The position numbers and the translations under genes were made by a program. This document shows positions 10,010-18,950 of a stretch of 24,000 nt of DNA, piece by piece. The first letter of the stretch is position 1, and every line of letters starts with the position of its first letter. The stretch lies in NCBI GenBank assembly GCA_012034765.1, contig JAAUOU010000049.1, forward strand, positions 2,274 to 26,273, written 5' to 3'. The notes under the pieces were generated by a model, which was not told the origin of the DNA, did no database searches, and saw only the letters and a list, made by a program, of their open reading frames with translations. This DNA comes from Hyellaceae cyanobacterium CSU_1_1. Its GTDB lineage: Bacteria > Cyanobacteriota > Cyanobacteriia > Cyanobacteriales > Xenococcaceae.

Positions 10010-10068
10010 TGGCCTCGGAAACCGCTAACGACGGGGTGTTTTGTCCCTACCCTTTTAGCAAGGAATTA
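10010..10068 (+). promoter_or_regulatory. Conserved upstream element, copy 2, 122 nt upstream of the psbA3 ATG
   Basis: TGGCCTCGGAAACCGC-TAACGACGGGGTGTTTTGTCCCT-ACCCTTTTAGCAAGGAATTA. Confidence 0.6.
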
Positions 10069-10190
10069 CTAATTATGCTATCGCATTTATCCCTTTTTAG
10101 ACAAAATATTCTATTTCCAACATTTTCTCTGTTCGCCGACTCCGAACAAATTTGACTTATCCAACTTTTCTTAAGAGACAGCAAAAAACT

Positions 10191-11273
10191 ATGACTACGA
10201 CTATTGAGCGATCACAACCATCCGACTTATGGGAGCGTTTTTGTCGGTGGGTAACAAGTACGGAGAATCGACTATATATAGGTTGGTTTGGGATTTTGAT
10301 GCTCCCGTTACTAGGCGTTTCTATCTGCGTTTTTACGATCGCCTTTATTGCTGCGCCTCCCGTAGATATTGATGGTATTCGCGAACCTGTATCTGGTTCA
10401 TTGCTCTATGGCAATAATATTATTACCGCAGCCGTAGTACCTACATCCAACGCTGTCGGTTTGCACTTTTATCCCATTTGGGAAGCTGCCTCGGTAGATG
10501 AATGGCTATACAATGGTGGCCCCTATCAAATGATTGCTTTTCACTATATTCCTGCCCTTTGTTGCTATTTGGGTCGAGAATGGGAATTAAGCTATCGCTT
10601 GGGGATGCGTCCTTGGATTTGCGTGGCTTTTAGTGCGCCTTTGGCAGCGACTGTCTCTGTCTTTTTAATCTATCCCATCGGACAGGGAAGTTTTTCAGAC
10701 GGTTTACCTATGGGTATTAGCGGTACATTTAACTTTATGTTTGTCTTTCAAGCCGAGCATAATATTTTGATGCACCCATTCCATATGCTGGGGGTAGCTG
10801 GGGTGTTTGGAGGTTCATTCTTTGCAGCCATGCACGGTTCGTTGGTCACATCCTCTTTGATTAAAGAAACCAGTGATAGCGAGTCTCAAAACAATGGTTA
10901 CAAGTTCGGTCAAGAAGAAGAAACCTACAACATAGTTGCTGCCCACGGCTATTTCGGTCGCTTGATCTTTCAATACGCTAGCTTCCAAAACAGTCGCAAC
11001 TTACATTTTTTCTTAGCAGCATGGCCAGTGGTTTGTATCTGGTTTACCGCTTTGGGTATCTGCATTATGGCATTTAATCTCAACGGCTTTAACTTTAACC
11101 AGTCAATTTTAGACTCTCAGGGACGAGTACTACCTAGTTGGGCAGATGTGATCAACCGTGCCAGTTTGGGATTTGAAGTTATGCACGAGCGAAATGCTCA
11201 TAACTTTCCCTTGGATTTAGCCTGTGGGGAAGCTACGCCCATAGCACTAATAACACCAGTAATTCATAGTTAA
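10191..11273 (+). CDS. psbA3: Photosystem II D1 protein, far-red-type paralog with all Mn-cluster ligands retained
   Basis: From ATG 10191 the product reads [34 protein letters not shown], a canonical D1 N-terminus. It has FSDGLP (D170), FQAEHN (E189), VMHERNAH (H332/E333/H337) and PLDLA (D342/A344) plus a C-terminal extension. The ORF-track TTG at 10152 is an upstream over-extension. Confidence 0.9.
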   Translation: MTTTIERSQPSDLWERFCRWVTSTENRLYIGWFGILMLPLLGVSICVFTIAFIAAPPVDIDGIREPVSGSLLYGNNIITAAVVPTSNAVGLHFYPIWEAASVDEWLYNGGPYQMIAFHYIPALCCYLGREWELSYRLGMRPWICVAFSAPLAATVSVFLIYPIGQGSFSDGLPMGISGTFNFMFVFQAEHNILMHPFHMLGVAGVFGGSFFAAMHGSLVTSSLIKETSDSESQNNGYKFGQEEETYNIVAAHGYFGRLIFQYASFQNSRNLHFFLAAWPVVCIWFTALGICIMAFNLNGFNFNQSILDSQGRVLPSWADVINRASLGFEVMHERNAHNFPLDLACGEATPIALITPVIHS

Positions 11274-11298
11274 TTACAATCTACTATCTTTTTGTTTT

Positions 11299-11352
11299 TG
11301 GCCTCGGAAACCGCAGCGATAGATAGTTTACAACCCTTTTAGTCAGGAGCTA
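11299..11352 (+). promoter_or_regulatory. Conserved upstream element, copy 3, ending 7 nt before the chlF ATG
   Basis: TGGCCTCGGAAACCGC-AGCGATAGATAGTTTACA-ACCCTTTTAGTCAGGAGCTA. Confidence 0.6.
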
Positions 11353-11359
11353 CAGGTAC

Positions 11360-12502
11360 ATGATACAGCGTGATTACGACGTTAGCCACAAGCATTCCAT
11401 ACCTAAATTTTCGACAGAATTAGATGCTAATCTCAATCTAGAAAAATCAGAAAATATTAGCTTGTGGGAAAAGTTTTGTCGGTGGGTAACAAGTACTAAC
11501 AACCGCATCTATATTGGCTGGTTTGGAGTGTTAATGATTCCGACAATGTTAACTGCCAGTATTGTTTTTATCATTGCGATCGTGGCTGCACCTCCTGTAG
11601 ATATGCAGGGATTAGGAGCGCCTATTTCTGGCTCTTTATTAAATGGTAATAATCTTATTTCCGCAGCAGTTATTCCTACCTCGGCAGCGATTGGATTGCA
11701 CTTTTACCCGATTTGGTCGGCTGGTTCAATTGATGAGTGGCTGTACAACGGAGGTCCTTATCAGCTAATAGTTCTACACTTTTTAATTGGTATTATCGCC
11801 TATCAAGATCGAGAGTGGGAATTAAGCTACCGTTTGGGAATGCGTCCTTGGATTTCTCTGGCTTTTACTGCACCTGTGGCTGCTGCTGTCTCGGTATTTA
11901 TTATTTATCCCCTCGGACAAGGCGGTTTTTCCGAAGGAATGCCTCTGGGAATTTCTGGGACATTTTACTTTATGTTCCGCTTTCAGGCAGATCACAATAT
12001 TTTGATGAGTCCGTTCCATCAGTTAGGGGTAATTGGAGTTTTAGGTGGTGCATTACTTTGTGCAATGCATGGCTCAATTGTTACTTCTTCTGTGATTAAT
12101 AAGACAAATAAATATGAATCAATTAATCTGGACTACAAACTGGGTCAAAAAAAGCCAACCTATAGCTTTTCTAAGTCGCAAAACTATCAAAGAAGTCTGT
12201 GGGGATTCAGTTTTCCCAGTTCGCGATCGCTCCACTTTTTCTTAGCTGCTTTTCCCGTAGCGGGGATTTGGTCGGCAGCGATCGGCATTGACATTGCGGC
12301 TTTCGACTTTGAAGGATTTAATTTTCAACAGCCTACTATTGTCAATCAAGGAAAAATCATTCCTACCTGGATGGACGCTATTTTAGATGCCAATTTGGGT
12401 TTGTCGGAGACTACCAGGCAACCTAATACATTATCTGTTTTTCCTGACTGGCAAATTGATTCAGAACAAGAAATCGACAATTTTCCTGGTTATCTAGACT
12501 AG
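11360..12502 (+). CDS. chlF: Super-rogue D1 paralog / chlorophyll f synthase (ChlF, PsbA4)
   Basis: 380-aa D1-family protein with an N-terminal extension. The Mn ligands are lost: FSEGMP, FQADHN, and the C-terminal ligand block replaced by [20 protein letters not shown]. It has [14 protein letters not shown] where D1 has Y-M/L-G. The YZ, H198, H215 and H272 contexts are kept. Confidence 0.9.
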   Translation: MIQRDYDVSHKHSIPKFSTELDANLNLEKSENISLWEKFCRWVTSTNNRIYIGWFGVLMIPTMLTASIVFIIAIVAAPPVDMQGLGAPISGSLLNGNNLISAAVIPTSAAIGLHFYPIWSAGSIDEWLYNGGPYQLIVLHFLIGIIAYQDREWELSYRLGMRPWISLAFTAPVAAAVSVFIIYPLGQGGFSEGMPLGISGTFYFMFRFQADHNILMSPFHQLGVIGVLGGALLCAMHGSIVTSSVINKTNKYESINLDYKLGQKKPTYSFSKSQNYQRSLWGFSFPSSRSLHFFLAAFPVAGIWSAAIGIDIAAFDFEGFNFQQPTIVNQGKIIPTWMDAILDANLGLSETTRQPNTLSVFPDWQIDSEQEIDNFPGYLD

Positions 12503-12527
12503 GGGCAAATGGCTGTTTGTCTCTACA
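12500..12527. repeat. Degenerate member of the GTAGGGGC...CTAC hairpin family; it contains the chlF stop codon
   Basis: cTAGGGGCAAATGGCTGTTTGTCTCTAC. The TAG at 12500..12502 is the chlF stop. The stem is imperfect. Confidence 0.45.
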
Positions 12528-12590
12528 AATAAACAATATGCGAAGCGGTATACCACAAGGGTACAACGTCCTTTAGGATCAACAAAAAAT

Positions 12591-14006
12591 ATGGAAACAC
12601 CTTTTACCGATTTAACTATAAATATCACCGCTACGGCGGGGGATGATATTAATCCAGGACGAGAAGGCAGAGATCAAGCTTCGACTGGATACGCTTGGTG
12701 GGCAGGAAATGCTCGTTTTATCAACCTTTCTGGCAGATTTCTCGGGGCGCACGTTGCCCATGCTGGATTGATTGCCTTTTGGGCAGGAGCAATGCTGCTT
12801 TATGAAGTAGCGCACTATGATCCAGATCTGCCGATGTTTAGACAGGGATGCCTGTTGATGCCTCACATTGCTACATTGGGTTTTGGAGTTGGTCATGGTG
12901 GAGAGGTCATCAGTCTATTTCCCTTTATGGCGATCGCTGTTTTGCATCTGATTGGTTCGGCTGTTTTAGGCATGGGAGGACTTTATCATTCTCTCCGTGG
13001 GCCCAGCAAACTAGCTGGCTTTTATGATTTTGACTGGTCTGATAAGGACAAGATTACTGACATCTTAGGATATAACCTCATTGCTTTAGGCATCGGTGCA
13101 TTACTCTTGGTCTGTAAAGCCATGTTTTGGGGTGGTATTTACGACACCTGGCTACCTGGAGGCGGAGATGTACGTCTGGTAACAAATCCGACTCTCGATC
13201 CTAGAGTTATTTTTGGTTACTTTTTCAGTAGCCCTCTTGGGGGTAGTGGTTGGCTTGTAGGGGTTAATAACCTTGAAGATATTATTGGCGGTCATATCTG
13301 GATGGGGGGAATCTTAATTGCTGGTGGTATCTGGCATATTTTGACCGTTCCCTTTAAATGGACTGATAAAGTTTTTATTTGGTCGGGAGAAGCCTATCTG
13401 GCTCAAAGCTTGGGCAATATAGCAGGACAGGGATTTATTGCTGCTATGTTTATCTGGTTTAACAATACTGCTTATCCCAGTGAATTTTATGGCCCTACTG
13501 TTGCCGAATCTTCCCAAGCGCAATCATTAGTATTTCTGATTAGAGACCAAGATTTAGGCGCAAATATTGGTTCGACACAAGGGCCTGTGGGTTTGGGTAA
13601 ATACTTAATGCGATCGCCTACAGGAGAGATTATCTTTGGTGGAGAAACCATGCGCTTCTGGGATTTTCGCGGTCCTTGGCTAGAGCCTTTACGGGGAGAT
13701 CACGGTTTAGACCTGGATAAGCTGCGTAACGATGTTCAACCCTGGCAAGTACGACGGGCAGCGGACTATATGGTGCAAGCACCGATGGGGTCAATTAACT
13801 CTGTAGCAGGTTTAGCCACTGAAATAAACGGCTTTAACTTTTTATCCATACGTACCTGGATGACTGGTTCGCATATTATTCTCGCTTTCTTTTTCTTAGT
13901 CGGTCATTGGTGGCACGCAGGGAGAGCAAGAGCGCAAGCTGCTGGCTTTGAGAGAGGACTCGATCGGGATGATGAACCCGTTTTATCGATGGGAGATATT
14001 GATTGA
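12591..14006 (+). CDS. psbC2: Photosystem II CP43 (PsbC), far-red-type paralog
   Basis: 471 aa with [71 protein letters not shown]... and C-terminal [19 protein letters not shown]. Confidence 0.95.
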   Translation: METPFTDLTINITATAGDDINPGREGRDQASTGYAWWAGNARFINLSGRFLGAHVAHAGLIAFWAGAMLLYEVAHYDPDLPMFRQGCLLMPHIATLGFGVGHGGEVISLFPFMAIAVLHLIGSAVLGMGGLYHSLRGPSKLAGFYDFDWSDKDKITDILGYNLIALGIGALLLVCKAMFWGGIYDTWLPGGGDVRLVTNPTLDPRVIFGYFFSSPLGGSGWLVGVNNLEDIIGGHIWMGGILIAGGIWHILTVPFKWTDKVFIWSGEAYLAQSLGNIAGQGFIAAMFIWFNNTAYPSEFYGPTVAESSQAQSLVFLIRDQDLGANIGSTQGPVGLGKYLMRSPTGEIIFGGETMRFWDFRGPWLEPLRGDHGLDLDKLRNDVQPWQVRRAADYMVQAPMGSINSVAGLATEINGFNFLSIRTWMTGSHIILAFFFLVGHWWHAGRARAQAAGFERGLDRDDEPVLSMGDID

Positions 14007-14008
14007 AA

Positions 14009-14036
14009 AGCTTTTAGCTCTTAGCTTTTAGCTCAT
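14009..14036. repeat. STRR-like heptamer tandem array (AGCTTTT AGCTCTT AGCTTTT AGCTCAT) immediately after the psbC2 stop
   Basis: AGCT recurs at 14009, 14016, 14023 and 14030, an exact 7-nt period. Related arrays occur at 17741..17761 and, in the opposite orientation, at 21753..21787. Confidence 0.7.
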
Positions 14037-14160
14037 TGTGTAGGTTGGGTTAGCGATACAACCACTAAAACACCTAAAAATGTCTAGATAGAGAGCGTAA
14101 CCCAACGCAATTAACAATTGAACTCAATTAAATAAATAACAAGAATTTAGGAGCAAGAAA

Positions 14161-14283
14161 ATGCAGAATTTTCAGAGAGTTTTTAATAGCGTACAAATTA
14201 TGTCCATCGTAACTTTGACTATGGCGATGGCAACCTTAATGTTTATCAGCTTTTTCTTCACAATTATCCCTAGTGGAATCTAG
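14161..14283 (+). CDS. Candidate 40-aa single-helix micro-protein between psbC2 and psbD3
   Basis: Below the ORF-track size cut-off. GGAG lies 8 nt upstream of the ATG. The product is MQNFQRVFNSVQIMSIVTLTMAMATLMFISFFFTIIPSGI, with one hydrophobic span. It is on the same strand as the flanking PSII genes. Confidence 0.35.
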   Translation: MQNFQRVFNSVQIMSIVTLTMAMATLMFISFFFTIIPSGI

Positions 14284-14361
14284 CCATTAGATTAGGACAT
14301 TTTCTTTCCCCTTTTCCCTAAACTCAATTTTTGAATATCGTATTTCAACAGGATATTTAGT

Positions 14362-15420
14362 ATGACTATTGCAATCGATTTTCCACAATCAAATATCGGC
14401 TGGTTCAAACAAATTGATGACTGGTTAAAACGCGATCGCTTTGTGTTTATTGGCTGGTCGGGACTGCTACTCTTTCCCTGTGCTTATTTATCAATTGGCG
14501 CATGGTTTACGGGAACTACTTTTGTTAGTGCTTGGTACACTCATGGATTAGTTAGTTCTTATATCGAAGGCTGCAATGTTTTAACGACTGCGGTGTCTAC
14601 TCCTGCCGATAGTATGGGTCATTCTCTCTTATTTCTCTGGGGGCCCGAAGCCAACTGGAATTTTACGCGCTGGTGTCAAATTGGCGGTTTATGGAATTTT
14701 ACGGCTTTTCATGGAGTAATTGGGCTAATTGGCTTTATGCTGAGGCAGATTGAGATTGCCAGACTTATAGGGATACGCCCTTATAATGCGATCGCTTTTT
14801 CTGCACCCATCGCTGTATTTGTCTCCGTCTTTTTGGTCTATCCTTTGGGACAATCAAGCTGGTTCTTTGCTCCCAGTCTGGGAATAGGCGGAATATTTCG
14901 TTTTGTTTTGTTCTTTCAAGGTTTTCACAACTATACTCTCAATCCCTTTCATATGATGGGAGTAGCAGGAGTTCTAGGTGGGGCTTTGCTCTGTGCCATT
15001 CACGGGGCAACGGTACAGAATACCTTGTTTAAAGATGCCCAGGCTTTTAATACCTTTGGTGCATTTAGTCCCACCCAAGCCGAAGAAACCTACTCGATGG
15101 TGACTGCTAATCGCTTTTGGTCACAGATTTTTGGGGTTGCTTTCTCTAACAAACGCTGGCTACATTTCTTTATGCTGTTTGTGCCTGTCACAGGCTTATG
15201 GATGAGTGCGATCGGTATGGTGAGCTTGGCTTTCAACCTGCGAGCCTATGACTTTATTTCTCAAGAATTACGGGCAGCAGAAGACCCTAGTTTTGAGACT
15301 TTTTACACCAAGAATATTCTGCTTAACGAAGGTTTACGGGCTTGGATGGCACCCCAAGATCAAATCCACGAAGGTTTCCAGTTTCCTGATGAGGTATTGC
15401 CACGGGGTAATGCACAGTAA
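14362..15420 (+). CDS. psbD3: Photosystem II D2 (PsbD), far-red-type paralog
   Basis: 352 aa with [42 protein letters not shown]...[23 protein letters not shown]...[31 protein letters not shown]. Confidence 0.95.
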   Translation: MTIAIDFPQSNIGWFKQIDDWLKRDRFVFIGWSGLLLFPCAYLSIGAWFTGTTFVSAWYTHGLVSSYIEGCNVLTTAVSTPADSMGHSLLFLWGPEANWNFTRWCQIGGLWNFTAFHGVIGLIGFMLRQIEIARLIGIRPYNAIAFSAPIAVFVSVFLVYPLGQSSWFFAPSLGIGGIFRFVLFFQGFHNYTLNPFHMMGVAGVLGGALLCAIHGATVQNTLFKDAQAFNTFGAFSPTQAEETYSMVTANRFWSQIFGVAFSNKRWLHFFMLFVPVTGLWMSAIGMVSLAFNLRAYDFISQELRAAEDPSFETFYTKNILLNEGLRAWMAPQDQIHEGFQFPDEVLPRGNAQ

Positions 15421-15545
15421 TGGAGAACGTTTTTGAAGGTGCGATCATTGTGCTGATCGGACTAGGGATATCTTTTCTAGCTTTCGTCGTAATTTTTTCA
15501 GCAGTATTAGTTCTTGCCACTATTCCCAAACGCGATCGCGATTAG
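15420..15545 (+). CDS. Candidate 41-aa single-helix micro-protein whose ATG overlaps the psbD3 stop (TAATG)
   Basis: [41 protein letters not shown] has an acidic N-terminus, a hydrophobic span of about 28 residues, and a basic/acidic tail. The start shares one base with the psbD3 TAA (15418..15420). Confidence 0.4.
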   Translation: MENVFEGAIIVLIGLGISFLAFVVIFSAVLVLATIPKRDRD

Positions 15546-15606
15546 CCGAAGGCTACACTACGCAATATTCAATAATTCACTCTTGTAATTAATTGGAGCA
15601 TGGAAA

Positions 15607-15822
15607 ATGTCTAATTTATTCAAATATAAAATTCCTCTTGATGCAGACTCTACCAGACAAGAGCAGAACAAGAATGAGGCAACTTACCCTTACGCAATAC
15701 CCTATCTTGCTTTTCTCCTAGTTTGCACCATTACCACAACCATCTTTTCAGCCATAGTAATTGTTTTAGATTACTGCTTTCCTGGTTCTCTAGATGGTAC
15801 CTATCTCAAGCTTTTTTTCTAA
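15607..15822 (+). CDS. Hypothetical 71-aa single-helix protein between psbD3 and psbB2
   Basis: Listed ORF. GGAG lies about 9 nt upstream. The polar N-terminus is followed by YPYAIPYLAFLLVCTITTTIFSAIVIVLDYCF. It is on the same strand as the PSII genes and ends 37 nt before psbB2. Confidence 0.4.
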   Translation: MSNLFKYKIPLDADSTRQEQNKNEATYPYAIPYLAFLLVCTITTTIFSAIVIVLDYCFPGSLDGTYLKLFF

Positions 15823-15859
15823 TGCTCGCTTTTTGACAACTAACTATAGGAGATAACCA

Positions 15860-17409
15860 ATGGGTTTACCTTGGTATCGCGTCCATACAGTAGTGTTAAA
15901 CGACCCAGGACGATTGATAGCCGTTCATTTAATGCACAATGCACTGTGTGCGGGCTTTGCTGGTTCGATGCTGTTGTTTGAACTAGCTTTATACGACCCT
16001 AGTGATGCTGTTCTTAATCCGATGTGGCGACAGGGCTGTTTCTTAATGCCGTTTGTAGCTCGTTTGGGAGTAACCAATTCCTGGCAGGGTTGGAGTATCA
16101 CGGGTGAAACCCTTAGCGATCCTGGTTTTTGGACTTTTGAAACTGTGGCGATCGCTCACATTATTTTATCAGGGCTATCGTTTTTAGCCGCCTGTTGGCA
16201 TTGGGTTAACTGGGATTTGGTGACTTTCTTTGACGAAGAAGGTCAACCTACCTTAGATTTACCCAAAATATTTGGCATACATCTTTTACTCGCTGGTTTA
16301 CTCTGCTTTGGTTTTGGTGCTTTTCATCTCACGGGCATTTTTGGGCCAGGGATGTGGGTGTCAGACCCATATGGATTAACAGGACATATGCAAAATGTTG
16401 CTCCCGTCTGGGATGCAGCGGGTTTCGATCCTGATAATCCTGGGGGAGTAGTGGCACACCATATTGCCGCTGGCATTGTCGGTATTATCGGCGGACTATT
16501 TCATATCGTGGTGCGTCCTTCAGAGGAACTATATAAACTACTGAGGATGGGTAACATCGAGGGGGCATTAGCTAGTGGTTTGGCAGTCTTCTTTTTTGCA
16601 GGTGCGATCGCTAGTGGTTCAATGTGGTACGGAACGGCAACAACTCCTGTAGAACTATGGGGGCCAACTCGTTTTCAATGGGATAAGGGCTACTATCAAC
16701 AGGAAATCTCCCGCAGAGTAGAAAATAACTTGGTAGCAGGGGATAGTTTATCTCAGGCTTGGTCAAGTATCCCAGAAAAATTACTGTTCTATGACTACAT
16801 CGGTAACAATCCCTCTAAGGGTGGTTTATTCCGCTATGGTCGCATGGTTGATGGCGATGGTTTACCTCTGGCTTGGCTTGGTCATCCGATTTTCCAAGAC
16901 GATGCAGGAAGAGAGTTAACAGTTAGGCGCATGACTAGCTTTTTTGAAACTTTTCCCACTGTCTTAACTGACGAAAATAACATCGTTCGTGCTGATATTC
17001 CCTTCCGTAGAGTCGAAGCAAAAAATAGCTTTGAGCAAACAGGAGTTACTGTTAGTTTCTACGGCGGACTGTTAGACGGTCAAACTTTTACTGACCCTGT
17101 AAAAGTCAAAAATATGCTCGTCAAGCAGTATTAGGAGAAGCCTTTGAATTTGATACGCAAACCTATAATTCCGATGGCGTATTCCGCACTAGTAATCGAG
17201 GTTTCTTTGCCTATTTCCACGCCTGCTTTGCTTTACTCTGGTTTTTCGGTCATATCTGGCATGGCACGCGAGCCTTATTCAGCGATGTCTTTGCTGGTAT
17301 CAATATCGAACTAGAAGAACAAGTCGAGTTTGGCGTTTGGGCAAAAGTTGGCGATGTTACCAGTCGTAAAAAGCCAGAAGCTTTAGCAATTGAAAGTCAA
17401 TCCAAGTAA
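15860..17409 (+). pseudogene. psbB2: Photosystem II CP47 (PsbB), far-red-type paralog. The frame is broken in an A5 run at 17108..17112 as sequenced, possibly by a sequencing artefact.
   Basis: The listed ORF 15860..17134 ends ...[15 protein letters not shown]. The missing CP47 C-terminus ([63 protein letters not shown]...[20 protein letters not shown]...) is open in the neighbouring frame as far as TAA 17407..17409. Confidence 0.9.
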
Positions 17410-17417
17410 TCAGATAG

Positions 17418-17437
17418 GGGCGAACGGCCGTTCGCCC
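17418..17437. repeat. Perfect 20-nt palindrome GGGCGAACGGCCGTTCGCCC between psbB2 and psbH2
   Basis: Self-complementary 10+10 nt, flanked by taG...gtac. Same family as the element at 1363 and others. Confidence 0.85.
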
Positions 17438-17452
17438 GTACAGTAATCAATA

Positions 17453-17641
17453 ATGACACCATCAAAATATGCCTCGAAAAAAACTGCCCCTCTCCAGTAT
17501 TTCTTTAAATCGATTAACTCCGAAGCAGGAAAAGTTACTCGCGGTTGGGGAACTACGCCACTAATGTTAGGAATCATACTTTTATTTGGTTTATTCCTGC
17601 TCATTATTGCTCAGATTGTTAATTCCTCAATTCTGCTTTAG
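17453..17641 (+). CDS. psbH2: Photosystem II PsbH, far-red-type paralog
   Basis: 62 aa. [42 protein letters not shown] matches the PsbH core (LNSEYGKV.PGWGTTP...L.I.QIYNSS). Confidence 0.85.
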   Translation: MTPSKYASKKTAPLQYFFKSINSEAGKVTRGWGTTPLMLGIILLFGLFLLIIAQIVNSSILL

Positions 17642-17813
17642 CAATCCTAAATGAAATGAGAAATTTCTACTACCTACTACTTAAAACCAATCAATGTAGT
17701 TTCATGAATCAAATAGGACTGCTATTCAGAGGATGGACATAGCTAATAGCTATTAGTCTTTTTACAGCGAATTTCAAACACAAAACAAATTAATACTAAT
17801 TAGGAGAAAACTC

Positions 17814-18290
17814 ATGAGTATGGTTGCTGAATTAATTCTCAATGCCGATAGTGAAGCTCGTTATCTTGGCCCGAAAGAGATACATATCTTTCAGGATTTT
17901 CTTAGCAGTGGAGAACAAAGAATGAGAATCGCCAGATTCTTAGCGGAAAACGAATCAAGAATTGTGCAAAATGGTACGAACAAATTTTGGGAACGTTGTC
18001 CTGTTACTCCCAGCAATAGTGGTGTTGAGCGCAAGACTAATTCCTGCATGCGAGATCAGGGTTGGTATGTTCGCCTAATTGCCTATTCAGTTATGGCAGG
18101 CAGCGAAAAACCCCTAGAAGAAATTGGCACTATTGGTATCAAGGAAATGTATAACTCTTTGGAAATACCAATCCGCAACATCGCTGAATGTATGCAGTGC
18201 CTCAAGGAAGAAGCTGTCTCGATGATGAATGAAGAAGATGCTGGGGAGGTTGCACCCTATTTTGATTTCATTATTCAATCCCTTTCTTGA
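17814..18290 (+). CDS. Far-red allophycocyanin alpha-type subunit, ApcD-like paralog. The position suggests apcA2/apcD5-class, but the exact name is not resolved.
   Basis: 158-aa phycobiliprotein alpha fold with LNADSEARYLGPKE...TPSNSGVERKTNSCMRDQGWYVRLIAY...PYFDFIIQSLS. The bilin Cys is present. Confidence 0.85.
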   Translation: MSMVAELILNADSEARYLGPKEIHIFQDFLSSGEQRMRIARFLAENESRIVQNGTNKFWERCPVTPSNSGVERKTNSCMRDQGWYVRLIAYSVMAGSEKPLEEIGTIGIKEMYNSLEIPIRNIAECMQCLKEEAVSMMNEEDAGEVAPYFDFIIQSLS

Positions 18291-18299
18291 TCGTTGTAT

Positions 18300-18328
18300 G
18301 TAGGGACTTATCGCACCGCAGCCCCTAC
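18300..18328. repeat. GTAGGG...CCCTAC hairpin-family element after the first apc alpha gene
   Basis: GTAGGGacttatcgcaccgcagcCCCTAC. It has the family termini with a divergent interior. Confidence 0.5.
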
Positions 18329-18363
18329 CAGAAACAAATAACAAATAACCAGGAAATAAAATC

Positions 18364-18849
18364 ATGCAAGACCTTATTACTTCTACCATCAATACTTTCG
18401 ATGTTCGCGCTCAATATCCCGATAGTGATGCGATGAATAGGTTAGAAAACTATTTCAAAAGTGGGGATTTACGAGCTAAAGCTTCTCTGGCTATAAGTGC
18501 TAATGCCAAATCTATTATTACTAAAGCAGTAGCTAAATCTTTGATGTATACCGACATCACTGCACCTGGAGGCAATATGTATACTTGCCGTCGTTATGCA
18601 GCCTGTATTCGTGATCTGGAATACTTTCTACGCTATGCCACCTATGCAATGTTGGCTGGCGATCCTTCGATTCTTGAAGAACGTGTTCTTAACGGTTTAC
18701 GAGAAACCTATAACTCTTTAGGAGTTCCCATCGGCGGTACAGTCAGAGCCGTTCAAGCCATGAAAGAAGTTACTGCTGACCTAGTAGGAACTGAGGCTGG
18801 GAAGGAAATGGGTGTGTATTTTGACTACATCTGTTCGGGATTGAGTTAG
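18364..18849 (+). CDS. apcB2: Allophycocyanin beta subunit, far-red-type paralog
   Basis: 161 aa with [31 protein letters not shown]...[55 protein letters not shown]...[10 protein letters not shown]. Confidence 0.9.
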   Translation: MQDLITSTINTFDVRAQYPDSDAMNRLENYFKSGDLRAKASLAISANAKSIITKAVAKSLMYTDITAPGGNMYTCRRYAACIRDLEYFLRYATYAMLAGDPSILEERVLNGLRETYNSLGVPIGGTVRAVQAMKEVTADLVGTEAGKEMGVYFDYICSGLS

Positions 18850-18855
18850 CAGCTT

Positions 18856-18922
18856 GTAGGGGTAAACAGCGAACAGGACGAACAGCGACGCGAAGCTAAT
18901 CCTTTAGGGCGTTCGCCCCTAC
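18856..18922. repeat. Longer member of the hairpin family after apcB2 (GTAGGGG ... GGGCGTTCGCCCCTAC)
   Basis: Termini are GTAGGGG (18856..18862) and CCCCTAC (18916..18922). It contains an internal GGGCG-tt-CGCCC hairpin (18907..18918) and a tandem CGAACAG x2. Confidence 0.65.
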
Positions 18923-18950
18923 TTCACTATCAGTTGAGAAAAATTTAATC

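Noticed and set aside
10152-10190. TTG start at 10152 for the first D1 gene (the ORF-track N-terminus [13 protein letters not shown])
   Set aside because: ATG 10191 gives [18 protein letters not shown], the canonical D1 N-terminus. The extension has no counterpart in D1 proteins.
10191-11273. The idea that the first psbA-family gene is chlF
   Set aside because: It retains every Mn4CaO5 ligand context and has LG rather than QD at positions 127-128. The ligand-less, QD-bearing copy is the second gene.
14009-14120. A possible CRISPR array or other long repeat array after psbC2
   Set aside because: The region holds only 7-nt tandem units and one GTTGGGTTAgCG...CGtAACCCAAC inverted repeat (14043..14113). 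No repeat-spacer periodicity of CRISPR size occurs anywhere in the window.
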